In this document: positions 10,056 through 18,380 of the stretch, piece by piece
How positions within the stretch are numbered: position 1 is the first letter of the stretch
How the letters are laid out: each line of letters begins with the position of its first letter
Virus record (IMG/VR): IMGVR_UViG_3300020450_001133
Source: a virus
Lineage: Duplodnaviria > Caudoviricetes
DNA: 64,000 bases
Strand: one strand, 5' to 3'
Program-made: the position numbers and the translations under genes
The notes under the pieces: generated by a model
Database searches by the model: none
The model's input: the letters and a program-made list of their open reading frames with translations, nothing else
What the model was told of the DNA's origin: nothing

Positions 10056-10460
10056 TTATAATAAATCCTGTTTAGTAAATTCCATATTTATGGAACCTGT
10101 AGTATCTATGGTGCCTGCATTAAGCACTACACCATTTAATTCATCTTTAAGTGTGTCTACTGTATGGGCATTAGGAGTTTCTGTAGCAAATTTAAAAATA
10201 AAACCTGCTCCAGTTAATGTAGGTGCACCAAAATTTTCTAATTTGTTTGTACCTACTCCATTTAGTTGTACTGGATTATTCATCACAGTTGGCATTGCCC
10301 TCATTCCTATTACTTGTACAACACTTTCGAAATCTTTTTGACTGTTATCTGCAAAATTTCCAGATGCTGTTATGTCTAAAGTAGTGAACAAAGTAAAAAA
10401 CTCAATGTTACCTGTTAATACTTCTACGGATGCCATTGCTCCGCTTCTTGTTCCCACCAT
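10056..10460 (-). CDS. putative virion structural protein (134 aa), possible paralog of 10569-10901
   Basis: Start moved to 10460: late promoter at 10487-10494 and SD AGGAG lie inside the ORF-track N-terminus. Confidence 0.65.
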   Translation of the reverse strand: MVGTRSGAMASVEVLTGNIEFFTLFTTLDITASGNFADNSQKDFESVVQVIGMRAMPTVMNNPVQLNGVGTNKLENFGAPTLTGAGFIFKFATETPNAHTVDTLKDELNGVVLNAGTIDTTGSINMEFTKQDLL

Positions 10461-10486
10461 ACTGTCTCCTGTGTATGTAATAACTG

Positions 10487-10494
10487 TATTTATC
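10487..10494 (-). promoter_or_regulatory. late promoter GATAAATA with SD leader
   Basis: GATAAATA...CAGGAGACAGT-ATG(10460). Confidence 0.65.
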
Positions 10495-10516
10495 ACTTTG
10501 TACAGATTAATAAGTC

Positions 10517-10548
10517 AAAAAAAATCCCCACACAAGGCGGGGATTTTT
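10517..10548 (-). terminator. intrinsic terminator after 110-aa structural gene
   Basis: AAAAATCCCC-gccttgtgt-GGGGATTTTTTTT on minus strand. Confidence 0.85.
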
Positions 10549-10568
10549 CAAAGTTTAAAACTTTTAGG

Positions 10569-10901
10569 TTACACTACTCTGTATTCACCTGCAGTTACCG
10601 TTGCGTTTGCTCCGTTACCTGTAAGCATTGGTTGAATAGCCGCTAGTAATCTAGCCGCGGTAGGTGAACCTTCAACACCAACATGCATTACTGTCGCAGA
10701 AATGCTGTTAATAAGTACTGGAGTACAAATTGTTGATATACCTTGAACAACTAATTCACCTTTTTGAGCCGCTCCACCTGAGAACCCAAATTGGCTAATG
10801 TTGTCAGTACCATCTACTTCATCAATAATGAAGTGACTTAAAGTACCAACCATAAGTTGACTGTTATCAAGAACTGCACCATTCACTCTTGTTTGTGCCA
10901 T
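10569..10901 (-). CDS. putative high-copy virion structural/decoration protein (110 aa)
   Basis: Own late promoter, hairpin leader, SD AGGAGA and own terminator; small Ala/Gly/Val-rich protein. Confidence 0.65.
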   Translation of the reverse strand: MAQTRVNGAVLDNSQLMVGTLSHFIIDEVDGTDNISQFGFSGGAAQKGELVVQGISTICTPVLINSISATVMHVGVEGSPTAARLLAAIQPMLTGNGANATVTAGEYRVV

Positions 10902-10978
10902 GATAGTCTCCTACTGTTTTTTTACATGTTCGTGGTCTCTAAACCACCACCGTTTTAAGAACATGCTTTGGATACAAG

Positions 10979-10986
10979 TATTTATC
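10979..10986 (-). promoter_or_regulatory. late promoter GATAAATA with 77-nt structured leader
   Basis: Motif match; leader contains CATGTTC/GAACATG and GTGGT/ACCAC stems. Confidence 0.65.
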
Positions 10987-11025
10987 GATTATTTTTGGAA
11001 TTTAAAGTATAGTAAAAATGTAATA

Positions 11026-11622
11026 CTATTTGCCTTTTCTTGTAAAGTTAAAAGATTTTTTAGTTTGAGGTGCTAAATCTCTAATCTTTTTAACTGCACC
11101 AGAAATATCATCTATAGTATCTCTTGTTGCTTTTGCAACTTTGCCAGGACTTTTAAGTTTTCTCAAAGGTCCTATATCTTTGAAACGTTTTGCTATGCCG
11201 ACTTTGTCTTTTTTGGGTTTGGCTTCTGGTTCTACAGTTGTACCATAGTATCTGTCGTGTTTTAGGCTTCTACCAATAGCATCTTTTCTACTTCTAGAAT
11301 CATCATCTGAATCTTTTGTTGATGAAGATTTCATTTTATCAGGGTCAATTCCAGGTGTACTGCGTTTAAATCCAAACTCTGATTTCATTCTATCTTTTAA
11401 TTCTGGATGTAATTCTTCAATAGCCAAATCCACAGCCAAACCTGGTGTCATACTTGGTCCACCTGTTGTGTATAAACCTTTTGCTTTTTGTACTACTCTG
11501 GGTGTGTCTACATTTTCCCAGCCAGGTCTTCTTCTGCCCACAGGTCCAATTTTGTCTTCAATTTCTTGCATGACAATATCGTTTACATTTTGTTCGACTA
11601 TGACTATATCTGCTATTTTCAT
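11026..11622 (-). CDS. basic late hypothetical protein (198 aa), putative internal protein
   Basis: MKIADIVIVE N-terminus; late promoter 5 nt upstream. Confidence 0.7.
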   Translation of the reverse strand: MKIADIVIVEQNVNDIVMQEIEDKIGPVGRRRPGWENVDTPRVVQKAKGLYTTGGPSMTPGLAVDLAIEELHPELKDRMKSEFGFKRSTPGIDPDKMKSSSTKDSDDDSRSRKDAIGRSLKHDRYYGTTVEPEAKPKKDKVGIAKRFKDIGPLRKLKSPGKVAKATRDTIDDISGAVKKIRDLAPQTKKSFNFTRKGK

Positions 11623-11627
11623 GTTAA

Positions 11628-11635
11628 TATTTATC
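11628..11635 (-). promoter_or_regulatory. late promoter GATAAATA, leaderless spacing
   Basis: GATAAATA-ttaac-ATG(11622). Confidence 0.7.
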
Positions 11636-12402
11636 TATAATTTTTTTCTACCACTTGCCCAATAACCTGCTATTGCGCCAATTCCTGCACCTGTTTTAGA
11701 ACCTAACTTTCCTTTGGTAAGTTTTGGTAATACTTTACTTCCTACATAAGCACCACCAACTGTTGCGGCGGCTCTTTTCAATGTATCTGATTTACGTTTA
11801 GGCTCTTTGTATGCTCTTGTAGTTTTCATTGCCACTATGTGTTGGAAAACTTCACTAGGTCTGGCTTTTATTCTCATGCGTTGCATAATTTTTGCCACTA
11901 CCATTTGCTTTTGTGCATACTTTAAATCACTCCAATCAACAATTAAACGTCTAAATAATCTATATTGTGATTCTTTAATATCTAATTGACGTTCTAGTCT
12001 TATTAAAAATGAACTAATTTCACTTCTACTTGGAGTTGTTTGTCCTAACTTTCTTAAAAAATTAAAATGCTGTCTATTGTTAAATTGCAATTTGTCTAAG
12101 AACTTTCTATCTTTTCCACTTATTTTTAAACTTGTATTGTCTGAATACTTTATTGCATAAGCCAACATGTAGATATCTGTTGCATGTGTTCTAAACAAAG
12201 CATAAGGTCCATATGCAGTACTCTTTCTAGCATAAGCAACACCGTAATCCTGTTGTTCTTTATCTTTTGTAAACATTATTACACTTAATGTTTGCAGATA
12301 TAATAAGTCAGCAATATCTCTACCTGAAAGTCGTGCAAAGTTTCCTGTGTATCTATACAGTTTGCTTTCACTTAAATCTTGGTCTATTAATTGAAAATCC
12401 AT
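11635..12402 (-). CDS. hypothetical protein (255 aa) with C-terminal glycine-zipper-like segment
   Basis: ORF track; AAATVGGAYVG...TGAGIGAIAGYWA. Confidence 0.75.
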   Translation of the reverse strand: MDFQLIDQDLSESKLYRYTGNFARLSGRDIADLLYLQTLSVIMFTKDKEQQDYGVAYARKSTAYGPYALFRTHATDIYMLAYAIKYSDNTSLKISGKDRKFLDKLQFNNRQHFNFLRKLGQTTPSRSEISSFLIRLERQLDIKESQYRLFRRLIVDWSDLKYAQKQMVVAKIMQRMRIKARPSEVFQHIVAMKTTRAYKEPKRKSDTLKRAAATVGGAYVGSKVLPKLTKGKLGSKTGAGIGAIAGYWASGRKKL

Positions 12403-13697
12403 TATGCTCCTGGCATTCCTGTTTGGAAATTTTGCCTACTAAATTCTAATCTGTCTACTAATTTTAATGCATTACCTAATCTGTCTACTGCAACAAAACC
12501 TTCTTCTCCTGTTACTTCGTAACCCTTTTCGCTTTTAATAAAAGTAGGTATTTGTTGTAACGTTCCTAGTTTATTTAACAATTTAACTTTTGCTTCTATA
12601 ATTTTAAGATATAAATCATATACTGCTACAATACCTTCAACATGCTCTTTGATAAATCTTACACCTTGAACCATAAGGTCTGTTTTTTTATCTTTAGTTG
12701 CTTGAGTTTTTACTTTGTCTATTTCTTTTGTCATAAAGTCTATGTATTTTTGTACAAAACTTTGTGCAAACTTTGTAGGGTTTTGTTCAAACCCGCCTGC
12801 TCTTATGGCATTGTTTACATGTGCTTTTAATTGTTGTAAGAAATCTTTGCCAATTAAATCGTTGCCTTTTTCAAGCCAACTAAATGTTTCATTGTCTATG
12901 CTTTTTAAGTATGTGTCTGCATCTTTAATTGCTTGTAATACATCTGCACTTTCATCACTTGTAAGTGTAACTGTACCACTTAAATCTTTTATTGTGGCGT
13001 CTCTGTGCCACACACCGTTTGCTTGTCCTAACACACTACTGTCAAAACCAAATTTAGCAGTTGTGTCTGCAAGTGTAGGTCCTCCTACATATTCTGTATG
13101 CCACACAATACCAAAACTTGCACTTGAAATTTGTTTTTCTAAATCGCTGTCTTTTGGTATTGCATAAGTTATTGTGTTAGGTTTGAATGCAATATAGTTA
13201 TCTCCGTCTATTGCAACTGATTCTATATCTTCTGGTCCTGCAAACAACATGTCTCCTTGTGCAACTGTATTCCAATTTAATTTACTTAGATAGTTTAATG
13301 CAAGTTTAAGTTTCTTTCTTAATCCACTACCGTCTTTATCACCTACATCTGCATGATTAATATCTATGTCTTTTTCAGTAAAATTTATTTTTGCCTTTTT
13401 GGCAAATACACCTTTTGTACCTACAAAAAATTTACCTGTTTCAGGATCTTTACCTGCCACAATGGCTGGTGCTCCATCCCATTTTGTTGTCATGCTTACT
13501 GATTCTTTTGAACTGCCTTCTAGCATTTGATGTAAACTGTAAAGATAGTTTACTGCTTCTTTGGCTCCTGCAAAACCTTTATTAAAAATATTATCTTCTA
13601 AATGTTCTAGATGAGTATTTTTACCTTCTGCTTCAAGTATTAAACTTTCAGAAAGTATTTGTGTTATTAGAGGTTTTGATATTTCTAAAAATTTCAT
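12402..13697 (-). CDS. DUF6267-like protein; RNA/DNA-ligase-type nucleotidyltransferase fold (431 aa)
   Basis: KNTHLEHLED start motif; ligase motifs I KWDG, III QGDMLF, IV EGFV, V LKLV. Confidence 0.7.
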   Translation of the reverse strand: MKFLEISKPLITQILSESLILEAEGKNTHLEHLEDNIFNKGFAGAKEAVNYLYSLHQMLEGSSKESVSMTTKWDGAPAIVAGKDPETGKFFVGTKGVFAKKAKINFTEKDIDINHADVGDKDGSGLRKKLKLALNYLSKLNWNTVAQGDMLFAGPEDIESVAIDGDNYIAFKPNTITYAIPKDSDLEKQISSASFGIVWHTEYVGGPTLADTTAKFGFDSSVLGQANGVWHRDATIKDLSGTVTLTSDESADVLQAIKDADTYLKSIDNETFSWLEKGNDLIGKDFLQQLKAHVNNAIRAGGFEQNPTKFAQSFVQKYIDFMTKEIDKVKTQATKDKKTDLMVQGVRFIKEHVEGIVAVYDLYLKIIEAKVKLLNKLGTLQQIPTFIKSEKGYEVTGEEGFVAVDRLGNALKLVDRLEFSRQNFQTGMPGA

Positions 13698-16600
13698 TAT
13701 ACACCGGCTAACTCTCTAATCCTTTGTAATCCTGCAGGGATTAGATATACATATTCTGTTTCTTCTTCTAATATTATAACATCATAACCTATATCTTGCC
13801 AAGTTAAATTTACAGATTCTAATATGCTATTCATAAATTGATATGCCTCAGAACGCATTCCTCTGGCTACTTTTGCCGCTGTTCCTTGAATACCTACTTT
13901 CTTCTGTACAGCATTCAATGAACTAGCATAGTCTGAAACGTCTGTGCCTTGGTCTTTGTATGCACTTAATTTATCTGCAATTTTCCTTGCAATTTTTGGA
14001 TCTTTAGTTTGCGCCAGTGCGGCTAAATCATTTCTTATTAATTGATGGTCTTGTGGAGTAATTGCACCTCTTTGTGCTTTACTCTGTGCAACTGCATCTT
14101 TTCTTGCGGCAATATCATCTGCCTGTGCATCTGCCTGAGCGGCACCTTTACCACCTGTTGCTGGTTGTTGCTGAATAGGTTGTCCGGTTGCATCATCTTT
14201 GCCATCTTTGTTTGCATCTTTTTGTTGTTGTTTTAGTTTTGCTCTTCTGTCACGTTGATATTTTGCACTATCAGTATCACTTACTTGACCTTTTACTTTG
14301 CCTCCAGTCTTTTGTTTCTTAACTGGCTTTTTAGTAACATCATTCTTGCCGTCACCATCTGCATCTACTTCTGCACCAGTTTTATCATCAACACCGTCTT
14401 TGTTTTTATCAACTGGTGGTGTTTGTGGTCCTTTTGGAGGAGTTGTTCCGCCTTGTGGTCCTTTTGGAGGAGTTGTTCCGCCTTGTGGTCCTTTTGGAGG
14501 AGTTGTTCCGCCTTGTGGTCCTTTTGGAGGTGTAGGTGTTTGAGTTGTACCACCTGGTGTTGTACCACCTGGCTGTTTCTTTCCATCATCACCTTTAAGT
14601 CCAGCACCTAATCCGCCTATTGCCTGACCAGCCATTTTAAATGCTCCGCCAAGTGCTCTGCCCGCCAATGCACCTGTTACTGCGGCACCTTTTTGTAACA
14701 TGCCTGCGTTAGGATCATTTCTTGTTGCTGTTGCTAACCCGCCGCCTACTGCTTGTTTTATTCCTTGTCCTATTTTAGAAACTATACCTTGTTTCTTGCC
14801 TGTTGCTGGATCTATCTTTGGATCTTGTCCAGTTGGGTTTGCTTGTGTCTGTTTTATTCTTTTTGCTTGTAAACTATCTGGAGCAAGTGGATCTGCACCT
14901 GCTATAGGTTTTCCACCTTTATCAGTTTGTATTAAATTACCTGTTTCAGGATCTGTTTTATAGAAAGTATCATTAACAGGGTCTCTAACTACACCTGCAG
15001 TTTTCTTCGGATCACCGCCATCTATGTTTGGATTTTTTGGATCAGGAATTGTTTCGCCACCTTGTTGTCCGCCTGTAGCACCACCTTTTGGTTGTTGTCC
15101 ACCTTGTGGTTGTTGTCCGCCTTGTGGTTGTTCTCCTGGTTTAGGTTCTTCTCCTGGTTGTGGCTGTGTTCCTGGTTTAGGTTCTTCACCACCTTCTGGA
15201 GGTGTTTCGCCACCTGGTCCTTTTGGAGGAGTATCTCCTCCTTCTGGAGGAGTAGGTTCATCATCTGGTGTTTCTTCTGGTGCTTGTGCTTCTACACCTG
15301 CTCCTTTAAATGCGGCATCAACTTCACTTTTTGTTGCACCTGAATTTTTAATTAAGAATTTACCAACTTCATCTGAATCTGTTGGTGAACCTGCACCTTC
15401 ATAATCTGTTTGTAGTTTAGCAGGATCTATTGCACCCTGCATACCAACTGCTTGTTGTATTTTGTTTAAGAATCCTTTTACTGGAGCACTATTTAAAACA
15501 GGTTTAATTAAAACGTTCATAGCACCACCGGCTACTGCTTTTGCTCCTTTGCCCACAGCCGCTGTTGCTTTGTTATATGCTGAACCAACTTTTTTGGCTA
15601 TACCGGCTAAGCCTCCGCCTTTTGCTGGTTGGTCACCTGGTGCTTCTTTGATTGTTTGTTCTATATTTTCTATTAATCTATGTTCTTGTAAATGATTTAA
15701 TCCTTCAATTACAATAGTATTTTCTTTTACCCAACGGTTATACCATTCTAACATGGCAAATACTGCCACTTGTTCGCCTACTTGTTCTACTAGGTCATCA
15801 AAATCTTTACCAATTTCTTCTGATAAGACGTTTTTCCATTCTGGATGTACATATCCCATCTCCAGATCCATTCTGTCTCTAGAGGCCTTTATTCTATCAG
15901 CCGCAGTCGCATTTGGATCTACAGGAACAATGTCATCGCCAAATGCATCTTTTGTAGGATCGTCATCATCAAACCAGTCTGTATCATCTGCACCACCCAT
16001 TTCTGCTTCAATTTCTGCCTTTGTAGCCGCAAAAGCCGATTCGCCATTGCCATAATCTGTTGGTTCAGGTGGACCATCGGGCCACATTTCGTAATCCCAA
16101 TCTTCTCCATTACTGTCCATCCAATTTTTTAAATTGTCACGAAATGCATCTAATTTTACTGTGTTAGCGGCGGATTCGGCATTGAATTTATTAAATGTAT
16201 CTATTTTTGGAAACTTTTCTTTGACAAAATCTGCGGAATCCATTTGAATGGCTCCTTCAACAGATCCTGGATTTGCTCTTGCATCGTCCATCATCTGTTT
16301 TAATTTAGGGCCTATTGTGGCTTCTGCTTTAATAGGTAATTCTTTTTCTGCCGCAACTAAATCATCACCTTGTTGTTTTAATGTCGCTTCTATTTCTGCA
16401 GGAGTGTCATCTGGTGAAACTGCTACTTCTTTAGGAGCATTTGCTTCGTATTTTGTTATAGCCTCTTGTGCCTGTTTTTCTACTTCAGGAGTTATAGGTG
16501 CAACTTCCTGTGGTGCATTTGGATCTTCTGCTGGTGGTTCACCAACTTCTTGTGGTGCATTTGGATCTTCTGCAGGTACTTCGCCTACTTCACTTGCTCC

Positions 16601-18094
16601 ACCAAAATCATTATTAGTAGGGCTTTCACTTCTAAGACCTAAAACTTTACCATCAGGATCTTTAAGTGTTTGTGTATAACCGTCTGCAACATCTGGATCA
16701 TCGAAGTCTGCTGAAACTCTTACTTCAACTGTATTACCGTTTGGCATTTGTGTTGTATATGTACCTGGTTTTAATTCATCTAAATTTGTTACGTTTCCTT
16801 GTGCATCGAATTCTGCTGGTACTGGCATTTCAGGTGGTTGTATAACTTCTGTAGAGCCATCTGCACCTGTAACTGTTATTGTTCCGTCTGGGCTCATTAT
16901 CTGTGTGCCACCATCCGGAGTTGCTATTGCTTCACCTGGTCCTAATGCATCTGTGGGTACACCACCTGCACCAACGCCGGCTTCTTGAGCAATTTGATTT
17001 CTAAATGCTGTTGCTTCTTCTGAGAAGTAACCATCCATGCCGCCACCATTGTCTGCAACTATGCTATTGTACTGAGCAAATTCTTCTTCAGTAAACAAAA
17101 CACCCATTGAACTACCACCATTGAAATTGGATTCGATACCGTTCATAGTTCCAACTGTATTGTTTTGTAATATTTCCTGATATTTTTCAGCATATTCAGG
17201 ACCAACATTTATTTGTTTTAAAAAGTTATTTGTTGCTTGGTCTAGTTCAGGGCCAGAAAAAAGTTCGTTTGAGAGACTTGGATCTGATTCCATGTTTGCT
17301 AAGAATTGGTCAATTTCTTCTGGAGTCATGTCAGGCATTGCGTCTTGTAATTCACTTGCTGGTAATGTCATTCCACTTTTAAAAGTGGATAAATTTTCAT
17401 CACCAGTAACTTCTACACCATCTAATATTCCATCTAATGCCGCACCAGCCAGACCTGCAAGAGCACCTTTGGCTAATCCACTAGCCGCCGCTTTTCCAAC
17501 ATCTGCAACTGTTCCGCCAGCCGCCGCCTTAATAGCACTATCTACAACTGTTCTGAATATTGCCGCACTTCCTATAACACCTAACAATGCTGGGCCACCA
17601 ACTCCTGCGGCACCCATACCAATTGTTATAACTGTTAAAATTAATCCTTTAAATGCCGCAACGTCTTGGTCATTTTCTATTGCTTGAGCACCTTTTTCAA
17701 TTTGCCCTACAATAGCACTTGCTTTAGAACCTGCTGGTTCTGGTAAACCTGCAACCATCTTTTTAATACCATTAATAGGTACTGCATTACCAACTTTAGA
17801 TAGTAAGCCTTTTAGTTTAGGATTTCCTGTAATTTTAGCAAATAAAGGTGTTAATTGTGTTTGAACTTTCTTTGCAATTTTTTGAGTATCTCCACCTTCG
17901 CCTCTATTGGCAACCATTTGTTGAAATACTGTTTGAATTTGTGCTGGTTGTAAAGGAGCCTCATCCAATCTTTGCATTTCTGCAATAATTGTATTAAGGT
18001 CATCTCTAACTTCACGTGGAAGTGTTTGCCATGCTTCATTGATAGCAATACTTTCTGTGATTAAATTTATGTCGTTACGAATTTGAATGGACAT
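13697..18094 (-). CDS. 1465-aa low-complexity protein with hydrophobic Gly/Ala-rich segments and Pro/Gln/Gly repeats; putative internal/ejection protein
   Basis: FKGLILTVITIGMGAAGVGGPALLGVIGSAAIF segment; PPKGPQGGTT, PAEDPNAPQEV and QPQGG repeats; C-terminal IRELAGV. Confidence 0.75.
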   Translation of the reverse strand: MSIQIRNDINLITESIAINEAWQTLPREVRDDLNTIIAEMQRLDEAPLQPAQIQTVFQQMVANRGEGGDTQKIAKKVQTQLTPLFAKITGNPKLKGLLSKVGNAVPINGIKKMVAGLPEPAGSKASAIVGQIEKGAQAIENDQDVAAFKGLILTVITIGMGAAGVGGPALLGVIGSAAIFRTVVDSAIKAAAGGTVADVGKAAASGLAKGALAGLAGAALDGILDGVEVTGDENLSTFKSGMTLPASELQDAMPDMTPEEIDQFLANMESDPSLSNELFSGPELDQATNNFLKQINVGPEYAEKYQEILQNNTVGTMNGIESNFNGGSSMGVLFTEEEFAQYNSIVADNGGGMDGYFSEEATAFRNQIAQEAGVGAGGVPTDALGPGEAIATPDGGTQIMSPDGTITVTGADGSTEVIQPPEMPVPAEFDAQGNVTNLDELKPGTYTTQMPNGNTVEVRVSADFDDPDVADGYTQTLKDPDGKVLGLRSESPTNNDFGGASEVGEVPAEDPNAPQEVGEPPAEDPNAPQEVAPITPEVEKQAQEAITKYEANAPKEVAVSPDDTPAEIEATLKQQGDDLVAAEKELPIKAEATIGPKLKQMMDDARANPGSVEGAIQMDSADFVKEKFPKIDTFNKFNAESAANTVKLDAFRDNLKNWMDSNGEDWDYEMWPDGPPEPTDYGNGESAFAATKAEIEAEMGGADDTDWFDDDDPTKDAFGDDIVPVDPNATAADRIKASRDRMDLEMGYVHPEWKNVLSEEIGKDFDDLVEQVGEQVAVFAMLEWYNRWVKENTIVIEGLNHLQEHRLIENIEQTIKEAPGDQPAKGGGLAGIAKKVGSAYNKATAAVGKGAKAVAGGAMNVLIKPVLNSAPVKGFLNKIQQAVGMQGAIDPAKLQTDYEGAGSPTDSDEVGKFLIKNSGATKSEVDAAFKGAGVEAQAPEETPDDEPTPPEGGDTPPKGPGGETPPEGGEEPKPGTQPQPGEEPKPGEQPQGGQQPQGGQQPKGGATGGQQGGETIPDPKNPNIDGGDPKKTAGVVRDPVNDTFYKTDPETGNLIQTDKGGKPIAGADPLAPDSLQAKRIKQTQANPTGQDPKIDPATGKKQGIVSKIGQGIKQAVGGGLATATRNDPNAGMLQKGAAVTGALAGRALGGAFKMAGQAIGGLGAGLKGDDGKKQPGGTTPGGTTQTPTPPKGPQGGTTPPKGPQGGTTPPKGPQGGTTPPKGPQTPPVDKNKDGVDDKTGAEVDADGDGKNDVTKKPVKKQKTGGKVKGQVSDTDSAKYQRDRRAKLKQQQKDANKDGKDDATGQPIQQQPATGGKGAAQADAQADDIAARKDAVAQSKAQRGAITPQDHQLIRNDLAALAQTKDPKIARKIADKLSAYKDQGTDVSDYASSLNAVQKKVGIQGTAAKVARGMRSEAYQFMNSILESVNLTWQDIGYDVIILEEETEYVYLIPAGLQRIRELAGV
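14423..14530. repeat. coding tandem repeat, 30-nt unit x3 plus 18-nt partial (PPKGPQGGTT)
   Basis: TTGTGGTCCTTTTGGAGGAGTTGTTCCGCC repeated perfectly at 14423, 14453, 14483. Confidence 0.95.
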
Positions 18095-18347
18095 CGTGGC
18101 TCTCTTTTATAACTTTTTTTATGCCACGTGAGAATTTTTTAGAATCACCGCTTTTAAGACTGTTTATCATTCTACGTTCTAAGTCTAATGCAGTAGATTC
18201 ATCATACGTTTCTCTTAGAATTTTCTTAACATTTTCAACACCACTAACCAAATGTTCTACTCTATTTTCAAGTACATGATGTTTATTTCTATCAACACTG
18301 ATAGAGTTAAGTTCTTCTAAAATTGTTCTAGTTTTACCTTGTGACAT
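18075..18347 (-). CDS. hypothetical late protein (90 aa)
   Basis: ORF track; late promoter at 18371-18378. Confidence 0.75.
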   Translation of the reverse strand: MSQGKTRTILEELNSISVDRNKHHVLENRVEHLVSGVENVKKILRETYDESTALDLERRMINSLKSGDSKKFSRGIKKVIKESHDVHSNS

Positions 18348-18370
18348 ATAATTTTATTTCCTATTAAGCA

Positions 18371-18378
18371 TATTTATC
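18371..18378 (-). promoter_or_regulatory. late promoter GATAAATA heading the internal-protein cluster
   Basis: Motif 23 nt upstream of ATG 18347 with AGGAAA in the leader. Confidence 0.65.
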
Positions 18379-18380
18379 AT

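Noticed and set aside
14423-14530. 30-nt direct repeats as a CRISPR array
   Set aside because: Units are contiguous with no spacers, in frame, and encode PPKGPQGGTT inside a long ORF.
15024-15404. Cys/Pro-rich plus-strand ORF (GCCPPCGCC...) resembling a metallothionein
   Set aside because: Antisense shadow of the QPQGG repeats of the 1465-aa gene; no promoter or SD.
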